DNA of 63,940 nucleotides, the filler included, from Folioceros fuciformis (taxonomy: Eukaryota), in NCBI GenBank assembly GCA_049999805.1. It is 5 parts of 4 records of this genome, joined end to end, with 100 filler letters (N's around TTAATTAATTAA, not from the genome) between each part and the next. Parts side by side here need not be neighbours in the genome. Positions count along the whole stretch, not along the records: positions 32,497 to 50,343 come from JBNGIO010006043.1; positions 50,444 to 62,738 come from JBNGIO010006052.1; 3 more parts are not named here. One strand, given 5' to 3'. A program made the translations under genes and the position numbers. The notes under the pieces were generated by a model, which was not told where the DNA came from, did no database searches, and saw only the letters and a program-made list of their open reading frames with translations. Positions 47,178 through 58,830 of this stretch are shown here, in pieces (the first letter of the stretch is position 1; each line of letters starts with the position of its first letter).

Positions 47178-50100
47178 TCAGGCATCTGACCTCAGGTCAT
47201 CGGACACCGCGGCCGGGATGCAATGCGTAGCTAGGATGTCTGGTGTTGCTTTCTTCGCTTCCTTCGTATCCAACACAACCATCTACAGGCAAGCATGCTT
47301 AACCGAGTTGGTACAACGCACAGCGAGCCCCGTGACGAAAAGGAACAGTATGTGTGACCGGTTGGGTTCTCACCTGTTGGTACTCCAGGTCAAAACGCAG
47401 AAAGTCCTCGTGACAGCTCTCCACCATGTGTGCCAGGTGTCGTAAATTCCGAACAGGCATGCCATTGAAAGCAAGTATCTGTAACATCGTGTGGCCAGAA
47501 GTCAACCCTTATAGTCCTTATGCCCCATAGCCACCTCACTTCATCCAGCTGCTGACTGGATTGGCTGCTTACCTGAGTGTTCACGATGTCTTCATACCCA
47601 ATGTTGATATCTGCCACCAGGACCTGAACCATGAGGCAACCAATAAATTATGTCACCCACGAGTTCTAGGTGTCGATGACGAAGAAGTTCCCTCTTCAAG
47701 TTCCAGCTCTTTACCCAGGATAAACTTACTTTAAAGTTGTATCCGTACCTGTGAAACCACCACCAACTGCTCGTCATCTGTCTCTGACATGGAGTGGAGA
47801 AGCTTGTCAAGCAGCTTCACTGGTGCATCGTAATCGTAATCCTTCCCATACTGCGGACCATACTGTGAAGTATCAGTCAGACAGCACAGGACGATATATA
47901 TGGACCAAGGAATTAGGTTTGTTGCTTTTTAGATTGGAAGCAGTGTCACAAACGATGAAACCACCGAAGTGAACAACACACATACCTCTGATCGGAGATA
48001 CGGGACTGAAACAGCGGTGAAAACAATGCCAGCCACTATATAGTACGAAGGAGGTTTGCCTTTTATATGGGCAGGAACGAGTCGCTTGTGGTTAGCAAGC
48101 TCGACGTCAAATTCGCGTGGCTTAGCAGATCGAAGTATTCGCACTTTGGCCTTCTCTCCCGTATACTTTTGCGACACCAAGTAGCTGAAGCCGATGCGCT
48201 CACCATGCCGAAACGGAACTGCCAGGGACAGGAGGAACAAGTGGAACAAGGAATAAGCACCCCCAAACCTTCATACAAACTCGAGTTCTTGCGAATTTCA
48301 TCACACTGGTATCGAGCATGAACAAACATGAGTAACACAACTTCAGAGGTTGTAAATGCTCGTCTTTGCTCGTCAAAGGTTATCAATGCTTACCGGTTCC
48401 ATCATTGGCAATTTCAATCCCATCAAAACTCAGAAGAATGTCAGATGATTCAAGATGAAGAGCGGCTGGTGCAGTAGGCTCCACTCTCCGTATTCGAACA
48501 CCTTTTTGAGCTGGTTTCATACCCAAGGCCTTGCGGAGGTCTGGGTTCTCCATCTTCTGCCATTCTATTCCTAGAATCGGAAATCCTGGCAACCAACATT
48601 TATAGACAGCTGAGCACCAAATTCCCACAGTGAGCAAAGGTAACACTGGGGATGACATTCCCTGGGCATAGCCCAAGAGAGGCGTGAGAAGATACCAGTG
48701 TAATCTCCAGTGCGTTCGTAATCTATGATGAAGTGCGTAATCACCGGAGTCGGGATGACATAGCCAATATTCTCAGCATCTTCATGTTTGAGGGATTGGA
48801 ACGCAATTCCTACACACTGCCCTCTGTCGTTGAACGCTGGCCCCCCAGAATTCCCTGAGTTTATAGCTGCATCAATCTAAAAGAAGAGATAAAACGACGA
48901 CGGGCATTAGAGAGTCCACCCCTAAAGATGAGACAAAAAGCATCCGAAGTCAGCAAATCGCATGTCAAGGAAAATGGACAAGTGATTCAGAAAAAGAGTC
49001 CAGAGTGCTTGCCTGGACTCCTAACAACTCGGTTGCGCCATGCACGTACGAGGTAACCTCAATCCGTGAGACCACACCACTAGTCACGGATATTGTATCC
49101 CCACCTATTGGATATCCAACCACAGTCACAGCATCCTGCAACCTTGGAAGAGATCCAAACTCCACTGGAGAAACACCATCCCAAAACTCGTCTTGATCCA
49201 CGNNNNNNNNNNNNNNNNNNNNNNNNNNNNNNNNNNNNNNNNNNNNNNNNNNNNNNNNNNNNNNNNNNNNNNNNNNNNNNNNNNNNNNNNNNNNNNNNNN
49301 NNAAAAAAGCCCTTATCTCAGTGCCAGGCCAAAAGGGGGAAGAAAAGGGAGGAAAAAGCAGGAGCGTCAGCAGTTCCATGCTGCCCACACACATCAGGTA
49401 TCCAGCCCATGAACCTGTGTCCAACCTACGACATTCATCCATCAGGCTCACCAATATCACACTCTGTTCCAATGGCTAGGACAGTTGCCAAATACTTGAC
49501 ATCGGAACCACGCTTCTTGACCTTGACTTGCGTGTGATGCTCCACGGAATGTGCATTCGTGAGGACCCGGCGGCCGCTGATGATGAAGCCACTGCTGTTG
49601 GAACTGAACTGACGTTTCCTTTGCCACGGCAGGGAGAAGTTCGGCTCGGTATGCACACAGAAGACCTTCACCACGGCGTCCATGAAAGGAGCATCCTTGA
49701 CTTCATCANNNNNNNNNNNNNNNNNNNNNNNNNNNNNNNNNNNNNNNNNNNNNNNNNNNNNNNNNNNNNNNNNNNNNNNNNNNNNNNNNNNNNNNNNNNN
49801 NNNNNNNNCCTACCCCAGCCTCATCCTGCCATGCAACGTCCCCCGGCCCGGCGTAAAAAATAATAGGCCCGCCGAGAGTGGGCGACTTGGCCCTTGCGTG
49901 CCTCCCACCCCTCCGAGTAGGCCTCTCTACCTGCTTATCCCCCTTGTCATCCTCCTCGAGAGCGTACTTCCTGTCATCCTCGGCTCCCAAATCCACCGAC
50001 ACCGCGCTCTTCGCCGAGCCGGTACAAGGGCGCTTCTGCGGCCTCCCCCTCCTCCCCGTCCGCGTAGGCCCCGCATCCTCCACCACATCCATATCGTCAT

Positions 50101-50281
50101 CCTGCTCCGCCAAAGACGCCTTCTGCAGCCCGCTGTGCTTGGCGTCGTACGATGACGAGGCACCAACCGAACTCTGCCCCGCTCTTGCACTCAGTTGAGC
50201 CGGCTGCGCAGCTGGAACAGGAGGCTCCGGCTTCGGATGCTTCGGAGGCCTCCCCCGCTTCCTCGGCTGCTGATTCTCCAT
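47178..50281 (-). CDS. DEG9: DEG9-like DegP/HtrA serine protease with PDZ domains, multi-exon
   Basis: [25 protein letters not shown], with the catalytic triad in TNAH, ECD and INSGNSGG. Also [48 protein letters not shown] and the C-terminus [19 protein letters not shown]. Basic N-terminus and no transit peptide. Two internal N gaps. Confidence 0.93.
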
Positions 50282-50443
50282 CTCCCTTCCCCTCTGCTAC
50301 CACCTACCTCCTTCCCACCATCCTCCTCCTCCACAACACCTGCNNNNNNNNNNNNNNNNNNNNNNNNNNNNNNNNNNNNNNNNNNNNTTAATTAATTAAN
50401 NNNNNNNNNNNNNNNNNNNNNNNNNNNNNNNNNNNNNNNNNNN

Positions 50444-52560
50444 TTGTGTGCTATTTTTGTATTTTGACCAGCCTTGGATGTCACGTGTACGCCAGGTCTA
50501 GGTTCGCGCTTTGGTTCACCCTATTTCTTCTTCCGGCAGTCTCTTTCCCAGTGACCCGTAATGCCACACCAATTGTAGGTGCCCAGGTGTTTTGTGGATC
50601 CAGATGAGGTATTAGAATTACCGCTTTTATTTTGACCTTGGTTGTTATTGTTGCTGCTGAATTTCTTGTTCTTATTATCTTTTCCCTTACAAGTGCCTTT
50701 TCCTCTTGCAACAAAAAGGACCTTGTCACCCTTGAGGCATGACAGAGCACTAGTCTTACAACTCTGCTCTTCTTGAAGGAGAGCTCCCACCACTTCATNN
50801 NNNNNNNNNNNNNNNNNNNNNNNNNNNNNNNNNNNNNNNNNNNNNNNNNNNNNNNNNNNNNNNNNNNNNNNNNNNNNNNNNNNNNNNNNNNNNNNNNNTG
50901 CTCTTCTTGAAGGAGAGCTCCCACCACTTCATTAAAGTTGATGGTCGCAGGTTTTCCAGCAGCTACAACAGCATACGAGTCCCTAAGAGATGAATTCTGA
51001 CTGAACACAAATGTTTGATAGGAGGCAAGGAGGCTGGCAATGAGCTCAGCACTCATGTCCACCTCCGAGATTGTACTGTTGAGAGTAGCAAACTGAGCCC
51101 TGAGATAGTGCAGCTTCGATACATGTGCCCCAACCAAATTGCCATCCTTCAAACGCAGAGAATGGAAAGCATTACAGGCTGCAACCAAGGTAAGAATATT
51201 TTGTACTTGATATGTGTTCGTCAGCTGTTTCCACACTGCTGCTACTATATCATGAAACTCCACCTTTGTGATGGTGGAATCAAGTCTTGAAAGCAATATT
51301 GCGTAAGCAATCTTGTTGCCATTCTTCTATTGGTCAATCTCAGCTTGTGTAGGGCCTGTCCCACCTAAAGGAACAAGTACCTTAGAAGGATCGGGGAGAG
51401 AACCGTTGGCATATTCCACACACGTCGCGAGTGTTGAGATTAGCCTTCATGCGAGCTCTCCATCCTTCAAACCTAACGTGAGTCCCATCAAACCTATCCT
51501 TTTCCTTAAACTCCCTTGAGTCTGAGGTGGTTACAGTCGCTACGTTTGTTCCCATTGTGAAAGGAATCACTGGAGAGATGATGGGAAGAGGTGGATTGGA
51601 ATACAGCCAAGCAAGGGATTCCTAATATGAATAACTATTAGAATCAAACAGAGACATACACTAAGATAAGTCTATCCTAAGTGCTGTGTTTTATACATAT
51701 AGTAATGTGCCTAATGTGGGAGTGTAGGAGCTCTAAATAGAATAGTAGCAAGTATGAGAAGGGATAGTAGCTATCCTAGTTCAAGAGTACTGTTGCTTTG
51801 GTTTATAGCTCCTCCTACCTATAATGGTTTCTAAAAACAACTTACGTAAACAGGTGCACTTAAGTTGGTGGTGAAGTAGTAAGGTAGAGCTGAACCGATG
51901 TGCCAAACCCTAAAAACCAAATGACAACTAACTAGCTTGTGTTTTAAACCTAATGTGGAGGTAGAAGAGACCAAAAGCGATGCAAATTAGCAACCATTCG
52001 CAAAAGCCAGGCCAAAATTCGCATAGCTGGAAGTCTGTCTCAACAAGCACCTTGATCAGGGGTGCCGGTTGAGAACAAGAGACTAGGCTTGCGAAGCTCC
52101 TGGCTATGGTAGAATGTCGCTTTAGATCTGAACCCTTGAGCGTTATTGTGATTGAGCACCAGGCTAGGGACCTGCACTGGGCTTGCACTCCTTGGTGGGT
52201 ACCAATGACTCCAAATACAGCGAAGCTGCAGGCTACACATCTGAAATTGGTAAGGGTCTGAGGTGAGTTGAGAGATTTGACAAATCATTTGCCATTGTAA
52301 ACAGCTTTTGGCAAACTGTTTCAATGTCTGAAGAAATTTCCACCAAGAATGGAAAAGTATTTGTAATAAATCAACTGAGCATGGATTCAACTACGTCCAA
52401 ACGGAGTAGAATCCTTTGTGCAGCCAACGGATTGGATGTGAGGTAAGATGTTCTTCAACAATTCTTTGCCCTCCTCTTGCAGGTGGAGGTAGCTCCTCAT
52501 CTTCAGCGTATCGCTGCTCCAAACAACGTTATAACTACTGTGATTCGATTAGTCGATACA
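50444..52560 (-). mobile_element. Ty1/Copia element D remnant (gag plus 5' leader)
   Basis: Gag ATG at 51555 (FKEKDRFDG..WRARMK), VGALLQEE and knuckle NWCGITGHWERDCRKKK. Frameshifted. No clear PBS or LTR was seen. Confidence 0.85.
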
Positions 52561-53345
52561 GTTATAACTACTTGTATATGTTTATCTTAGACATTGCTTT
52601 CCACATAAAATAATTCATGTTTTTGTTCCACACGATTCCAGTCAAATCCATGCACTCTGACACGCAATGGCNNNNNNNNNNNNNNNNNNNNNNNNNNNNN
52701 NNNNNNNNNNNNNNNNNNNNNNNNNNNNNNNNNNNNNNNNNNNNNNNNNNNNNNNNNNNNNNNNNNNNNNNATGCACTCTGACACGCAATGGCTCTGGTT
52801 GCCATACTACCGTTCAGTGATCAGTCGCAAGACCGAGTCTGAAACATAACATACTCTATGCCAGGTAGCGTAAGACTGCGTGCAGCATGGGCACACCGTG
52901 ACAAGCTTTGCTCCATTGTCGGGTTTCTTTGAGGGTTGCATCTCTGCCACGCCTCTGCCTAGAAAAAACCCGCAAAGAAACAAGACGAAGGAGATGTAAA
53001 AGAAGCAGGGGGCGCTAACGGCGAGCACCATGCACGGCAATGCCTGCCAAGTTGTACAATGCCCTGTGCCATTTTCTCTGTTGTTAGGGAGAAAATTTAT
53101 GGTACGTATCGATGGGAGGTGCAAGAGCGAGTGTTAGGCATCCATGTCCACGTCTCAGTAGTTTGGATAGGAATGGAGTTAGGCCATGCACCCCCAACGA
53201 GGACGGGCAACCCCTTTCCTTCCCTTCCCTTACCTTACCATCCATTCTACCCATACTTCCCTTGCAACCCCGCTGCAATGGCGTGGCCTCGTCAGGCCTC
53301 CCATGTTTGGCATTAGGAACATTCATTCAAACTTGTTCAGCGTCA

Positions 53346-53520
53346 AAGTACAACTGCCTGATTGATCGTCTTGGACGTGCAGGAGCAGCTTGTTGTCTCT
53401 CATTAATACGTAGGACATTCACAGAGATTTACAGAATCCGTTGGCATTTTAAAAGTTTCGAGCCTCAGAGGACAGCTGCATATGTGCTACTGACGAATGC
53501 CTATGCAGATGCAGGTACGC
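53346..53520 (+). pseudogene. PLS-class PPR relic (S2/E-motif fragments)
   Basis: YNCLIDRLGRAG and EPQRTAAYVLLTNAYADAG match the PPR consensus YxCMVDLLGRAG and LEPxxxxxYVLLSNxYAxAG. The sequence between them is shortened. Confidence 0.65.
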
Positions 53521-53549
53521 GGACCAACGTGGAGCTTGGAACCGGTTGA

Positions 53550-53840
53550 CTACAGAGCCGTTATAAAAGGGTCCCCAAGAGAGTTCTGAAACCCTGCGCG
53601 TAACGATGTGAAGCCAATCAAAATAGAAACAGAGATCATGGTTGCCATTGTGAGAGAGGAGAGCCAGCTCCCGTGAGTGTTCGCAAGTTGAGAAGCCTTC
53701 CGCTCCTCCTGGTCCCGCGGCTTCTCAAGTTGAGAATCCTTCCGCTCCTCCTCGTCCTCCCGCGGCTTCTCAAGCGGCTTCTCAAGTTGAGAACCCTTCC
53801 GCCCCTCCTCGTCCTGTTTCTGAATAACAAGACTCGTCAT
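53550..53840 (-). CDS. Small hypothetical protein with 3 charged repeats and a C-terminal hydrophobic helix
   Basis: 96-aa ATG ORF with (D/E)EERKxSQLEKP x3, followed by LTMATMISVSILIGFTSL. Confidence 0.35.
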   Translation of the reverse strand: MTSLVIQKQDEEGRKGSQLEKPLEKPREDEEERKDSQLEKPRDQEERKASQLANTHGSWLSSLTMATMISVSILIGFTSLRAGFQNSLGDPFITAL

Positions 53841-54328
53841 CTTCCCTCGTGGTCTCGAAAATCTTGTTGGCTTTGCAAAACGCTGAATGTTCGAAGGGGC
53901 TCTTCTGTGCTTACTCTTGAAAACGTGGTGTTCGTATTTGCAGCATGCGCTGTGGGGAGCTTGTGTTTAGCACTTGACAAATCCTAGTTATATAATTTAT
54001 TTTCACTATATTGGACATCGAGGCTGTTGGACTTCAAACATGCGAGCAGCCAAACCACATTTTGGATGCTTCGTGAAGCTTCGCGCTTGCCAGGATGTTC
54101 GGTCCGCTCGGTTTTCTAAGCCCAACCTCCGACTGTATGCAGTTGTTTGTTCTGTAGGGATCTCACAGTAGTCTGTGGCATCTCGTCTGAATGTATGCAG
54201 TTGTTTACACTGTCTCGTCTTAATGTGTGCAGTTGTCTGCACTGTCGCGATCTCGCAGCAACCTATGCCATGTCGTCCTTGAAACTGCTGTAAGATTTGG
54301 AGACGATCGATCCAATTCGGCACCAACA

Positions 54329-54982
54329 ATGGATCCGTTGGACATAGACATCGCTCTCACGGCCGGACTCTGGGCCAGACCCACATTTACATGCCAGTCC
54401 TTCCTTACGGTGTTACTGGACTTCGATAGAGAAAGCTTGGTGGCCGGCCACGCTGAATCTGCGGCAGAATTCAAAAGAATGGCGGATGATCCTGAATGTG
54501 CCATGAAGCCGTTCACCCACATTGTGCTGGATCCTCTAAGGCCATCGTCTACCTTCGAAGAATTGGAGGACATGCATGTCAAGGACTTGCTCGTTACGCA
54601 GGATCCCCCAGTAAATGTACACCATGGTCGGTTCCTTCGTGGCACGTTGTGTGTGAAGCCATTTCTGATGGGGGGAGTTCGGACGGTCTTGGAAGATAAG
54701 AACGGGCATGCTGTCCTGGTGGTGATCGACAATGCCGGGTGCACAACGGCCAGCGAAACAGAAGTGTGCTGTAAATACCCTGAAGGAATGGAGGTTGCTA
54801 TCAAAGAACCTGCGTTCATGCTTTTGTTGTTGGGGAAGTATGGCATCAAGGTTGGCAACCCTGCGGACGTGATGCCGACTGCCGGCATATGCTTGGCTCA
54901 GCAGTCTTTAACTTGGAGACTCGGGAACTTCATGGCATTAAGTAAGGCATTCAGACAAAGTTTCTTGAGTGTCATGTCGTGA
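54329..54982 (+). CDS. Intronless protein resembling the N-terminal domain of fungal-type TPR-SET proteins; truncated at the first TPR
   Basis: LEDMHVKDL...HHGRFLRGTL...VRTVLEDKNGHAVLVVIDN...YPEGMEVAIKEPAF...YGIKVGNPADV resembles the recalled pattern LxxIxIxDL..HRGRYL..AIVEDExG..LQLYN..LPxGxVxxVKEPY..YGIRVDHPSD. It ends with the TPR-like WRLGN. Confidence 0.55.
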   Translation: MDPLDIDIALTAGLWARPTFTCQSFLTVLLDFDRESLVAGHAESAAEFKRMADDPECAMKPFTHIVLDPLRPSSTFEELEDMHVKDLLVTQDPPVNVHHGRFLRGTLCVKPFLMGGVRTVLEDKNGHAVLVVIDNAGCTTASETEVCCKYPEGMEVAIKEPAFMLLLLGKYGIKVGNPADVMPTAGICLAQQSLTWRLGNFMALSKAFRQSFLSVMS

Positions 54983-56028
54983 TGGAGATTGAGCGAATTG
55001 TTATGCAGCATTGGCGTCCTGTGACTGAACGGATCTGGATCTGGCGACGGAACATGGAGCATAAAGGGAGAAAGAGCCGAGCGTTTCATGTGATCTCCTC
55101 ATGCAAGTGGACGTTCAAAAGAGCTAGGCCAGTTGTAAAGAATGGACGCCGCAAAGGGAGCCGAGTCGAGCCCTTTCCTTTCTTTGTGGATAAGCAAACT
55201 CAAAGCAAACCCACAGACCAGGCCAGCCCCGCCTCGGGTGGGAACTGGGAAGTCTTTCCCGGACTGCGCCTTGGTGCCACCTTTCTTCTGAAGAGGGACT
55301 GGGTGCTGGGCTGGGTGGGCCGGCTTGTCTAATCTACTCTATGTCGCCCCTTGCATTGGGAGCCGTGCGAAAGACTTTCTCTTTACAAAAAGGACAAATC
55401 ATGGAAAGGGGAAAGGGGAGGTTTAGGTCCAATACTGTACGCAGAGCATGCAGCGGAAGTTACGAAACTGGCTGTAGTCAAGCCTGCAAATCGTTAAAAT
55501 ATGACGCGGCTTTCGGAGACGCAGAAGGCGATCCAATCGGATCGGGCTGCCATTCGAGCGCCGCGCCGTACGAGTCGGGCGCAGCGCATGATGGCGTGGT
55601 ATGACATGACGCTGCCGCGTGTTGCTGGGACTGTCGACAGGGAACGGGGAGGGCGAGCAAACCGCTCGGTGTTTTCCTCGGGGCTCGCCGGCTTCAACGT
55701 CGGCTTCGGTTTGGTAGCTCCATCTTCCCAGCACAGCTCCCGGGAATTGGTCCTGTCTGATGTTGTCAGTCCGAGTTCCGGGAATCGGCGGGTTTGGCGT
55801 CCGCTGCTGCCTGCGCTGCGGGCGGCATCTTGTGAGAGCGAAGGGGAACGTGGGGGAGCCGGCAGGGGACAAGGTGGTAGGGCAACCGCGGCAATCGGTG
55901 GTTTTATTGAGATCGAGAAGATGAGGCGTTGGGAGCGCACTCGCGCCTGATTTTGCCAGCTGAATTCAACTCACTGCGCGCTGGTGTGGTGCGCGTGTGC
56001 GAGCGTTGCAGCACAAGCTGAGAGGCCT

Positions 56029-57480
56029 ATGGGCGACGACGAGGGGGCCGACAGCTATTTCGATGACGAATTTGGAGAGGAGGAGGTGGGAAGGCGGGAA
56101 GGAGCCGAGTCGGAGGATGAATCTCTTTTGTTTGAGGCTCAAGCGGCTCGCAGCCCGCCTCCTCCTGACAGGGACAGAGTTCTCTTGCTCTTGGACGCAT
56201 CCGTGCGCTGGAGCTGGCCGTTGATGCTGGATGGAGACTTGTGGAGCAAGCTGCCGGACGAGTTGTTGGAGAAGTTGCTGAGCTGGCTCCCAGTGCAGAG
56301 CATCTGCAGGATGCGGGTCGTGAGCAAGTCGTGGAGGTCGCGTCTGTCGGATGACGGATTTCTGCGCCAGAATGCTGCTAATTTGGCTGCCTATCCCTCC
56401 TTCTTGAAGCTCGTGGAGCGCTTTGATTGGGAGGAGAAGAACAGCTGCAGTCTGGTGGAGAGTGAGTGGAGCTTGCTGGACATGCGTTTCATTCCCGGGT
56501 ACAGATTCGCGTCGGTGGCTACTGCGCGGGGGCTGCTTTGTTGCTTGCTGGACACGTTTCAGGCGGAGGCCCCGGCCGTCTTGATCATCAATCCGCTTAC
56601 TCAGGCTTGGGTCATTCTGCCGGATCCTCCCAACCAGTGGTATCTGTCGAACATTTCCATGGTATATCTGGAGGATAGACAGTCGTACGCCGTGGTGGTT
56701 GTTAACCACCGAGTGGCCAATTCCAATGACGACCTGCCTGTTCTCGGTGCTGTGGCTGATTTCGCGGAGGGGAATGACAACGCTTCAGACTCCGGCTCAG
56801 AGACAGTGACTTACATCATCACGGCTGATATTTTTGATTCGGCAGACAGCACCTGGAGGACCTCTACCTACTGCTCTCGGAGTAGGGTTGAGGGCAGCCA
56901 TATTTTTTGTCATGGCTCCATATACTGGCTGGCAACTCAATATGATCCTGGCGTAGAACTGAGTGTCATCTCCTACTCGTTTCAGGATGATGCCTGGTCC
57001 TGTTTCGGGCTCCCTCAATGCGTCCTTGTGCAAGACTTCAACTCTGATGAAGATTATACATCATGCAACCTGGTGGAAGCTAACGGCAGGATGTTTGCGG
57101 CAGCAGAAATCACCACCACATCACCACATGGATCCCCCTGCATCGCCATCTGGGAATACGAAGACAGGGCAAGTTGGCAGCTTGTGGACACTATTCCATC
57201 TGCTATCTACATGCCGCTTTTGGGGAACCCAAGTAGCAGAGGAGTTTTCACGTTCGTAGGCTGTAGTGGGCAGATGTGGATAAACCTTCTGGGTAGTGCA
57301 GCTTCCCTAGTCTATGACTTCTCCTCGATGTCACTCAGACCATTGCCTACTTGTCCTTTCCGCGTTACTGGTAGGAGAGTGGAACTGGAGGATTTCGGCC
57401 GCATGTATCGCTCGCCTTCTATGTATGGTTTCCAGCCAAGGTTGGACTCGGTACTGGAGAAAGCATTTGCGTCCTTATAA
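56029..57480 (+). CDS. F-box protein with C-terminal beta-propeller (F-box/kelch-like), intronless
   Basis: F-box LWSKLPDELLEKLLSWLPVQSICRMRVVSKSWRS, then ARGLLCC, IINPLTQAWVILP, GSIYWL, LVEANGRMF and the C-terminal FQPRLD. Confidence 0.92.
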   Translation: MGDDEGADSYFDDEFGEEEVGRREGAESEDESLLFEAQAARSPPPPDRDRVLLLLDASVRWSWPLMLDGDLWSKLPDELLEKLLSWLPVQSICRMRVVSKSWRSRLSDDGFLRQNAANLAAYPSFLKLVERFDWEEKNSCSLVESEWSLLDMRFIPGYRFASVATARGLLCCLLDTFQAEAPAVLIINPLTQAWVILPDPPNQWYLSNISMVYLEDRQSYAVVVVNHRVANSNDDLPVLGAVADFAEGNDNASDSGSETVTYIITADIFDSADSTWRTSTYCSRSRVEGSHIFCHGSIYWLATQYDPGVELSVISYSFQDDAWSCFGLPQCVLVQDFNSDEDYTSCNLVEANGRMFAAAEITTTSPHGSPCIAIWEYEDRASWQLVDTIPSAIYMPLLGNPSSRGVFTFVGCSGQMWINLLGSAASLVYDFSSMSLRPLPTCPFRVTGRRVELEDFGRMYRSPSMYGFQPRLDSVLEKAFASL

Positions 57481-58326
57481 TCTTTGTGCTCGTTCGGCTC
57501 TCTCTGGATACCTTTGTTACCTCTGTCTCGCTACTCCTTTCAGTGGCGAACCTACATTTACAGCTTTGTTGGGCCAGTTAGGTCAGGGATCCTTTACAGT
57601 TTTTCTCATCACGTTGTATTGCAGTGCCGCGGCTGTCCAGGACTGACGAGCTGAGAGGGACCTGTGTTCTTTCATCAACACTAAGGCTTTGAGAATTGAT
57701 TTACATGTGCTAAGAGATCGTTCGGCCACACTAGAACATAATATTAGAATGAGAGCTCTTTGCCAATTGAGGCTGAAGAGCCAACCTTCACAGCCCAGTG
57801 TTTCGACCATAAGCTCTCCAACAGTCTATTTGCGTGCCCGTGGCGTGGATTTGGTCTTGGTTCCAAGTGCAGGAACAGATGATAGGGTGAAACCGACACG
57901 TCCCAACTTATGCAGTATACAGAAGAGAAGAAGTAGAAGTTTCAAACTTGTGTCCTTCTGTATTCGCCTGCCACATTACTGTCAAGGGCTAACGAGGCGC
58001 AGGGTTCGCAGTTTTTTTGTCCTGAGAATGGAGGCTGGTCAGGACGGAGACACACAACATATGTACGCACTGGTCTGGTATGGAATCTTCTGGTCTACAC
58101 GGAAGCTTCAGCGGGACTTTCTTGCCTCCGGTTCGTCTACTGTTCTATCCTATGTTGTCAAAGGTTTCTGTTCTACTCTATGTTGTCAAAGGTTTCTTGA
58201 GGCGGCTACCGAAGACAAAACAGGGAGCATGCAACTTCCCCTTGTGAAGAGAGTCGGGATGTCCACAACTGCCATGGTGCTTTCTTATGACGTTCCTGGT
58301 ATACCATGCCTTGTCAATGTTGGCAG

Positions 58327-58830
58327 ATGGTGCTGTTAAGAGACCTTGGCTGTGGTGACAGGAGGCAATAAAGGCATGGGCCTGAAGACTGAAACAACTC
58401 GCACAAACCGGGATACAACGACTGTGCTTACATCACGAGACATGCAGAGGGGGGAAGAAGCTGTCAAGAAACTCGTGTCTGAGGGCCTTCATGTTGTGTC
58501 TCGCTAACAGTATGTTGCCAGTGCCGAACCCACACACAAGCTTGCCGACTGGTTGAAGCAACAGTACGGTGCCGTTGATTCTGGTCGGTTGAGGTCATGC
58601 GTGCAACGTGTCTCGACGCTATTCATAATTGAGGCGTCTGGTGTGTTCAATCGCCTCCACCAGGTCTACAATGCTGCGAACTTGGACATGGTAGTTGATT
58701 CCGCTGCACTGGCCTTCGACACGACCTTCTACTTTGTGAAGTATGTTACTGGCAGCGGGATCTTTCCCCTACGAAGAAAATCGGAATCTGGTGCACGAGT
58801 TCATTTTATAGTTCCAGGGTAGGGCAGTCG
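58327..58830 (+). pseudogene. Short-chain dehydrogenase/reductase (carbonyl reductase-like) pseudogene
   Basis: ETLAVVTGGNKGMG, VLTSRDMQRGEEAVKKL, LADWLKQQYG, YNAA and RKSESGARV, with stops and frameshifts. Confidence 0.8.

Noticed and set aside
50778-50932. Duplicated sequence either side of N gaps (also 43295-43398 and 52649-52792)
   Set aside because: Typical unmerged contig overlaps from scaffolding.
55341-55950. Several overlapping ~150-aa ORFs upstream of the F-box gene
   Set aside because: No recognisable motifs; GC-rich intergenic or promoter sequence.
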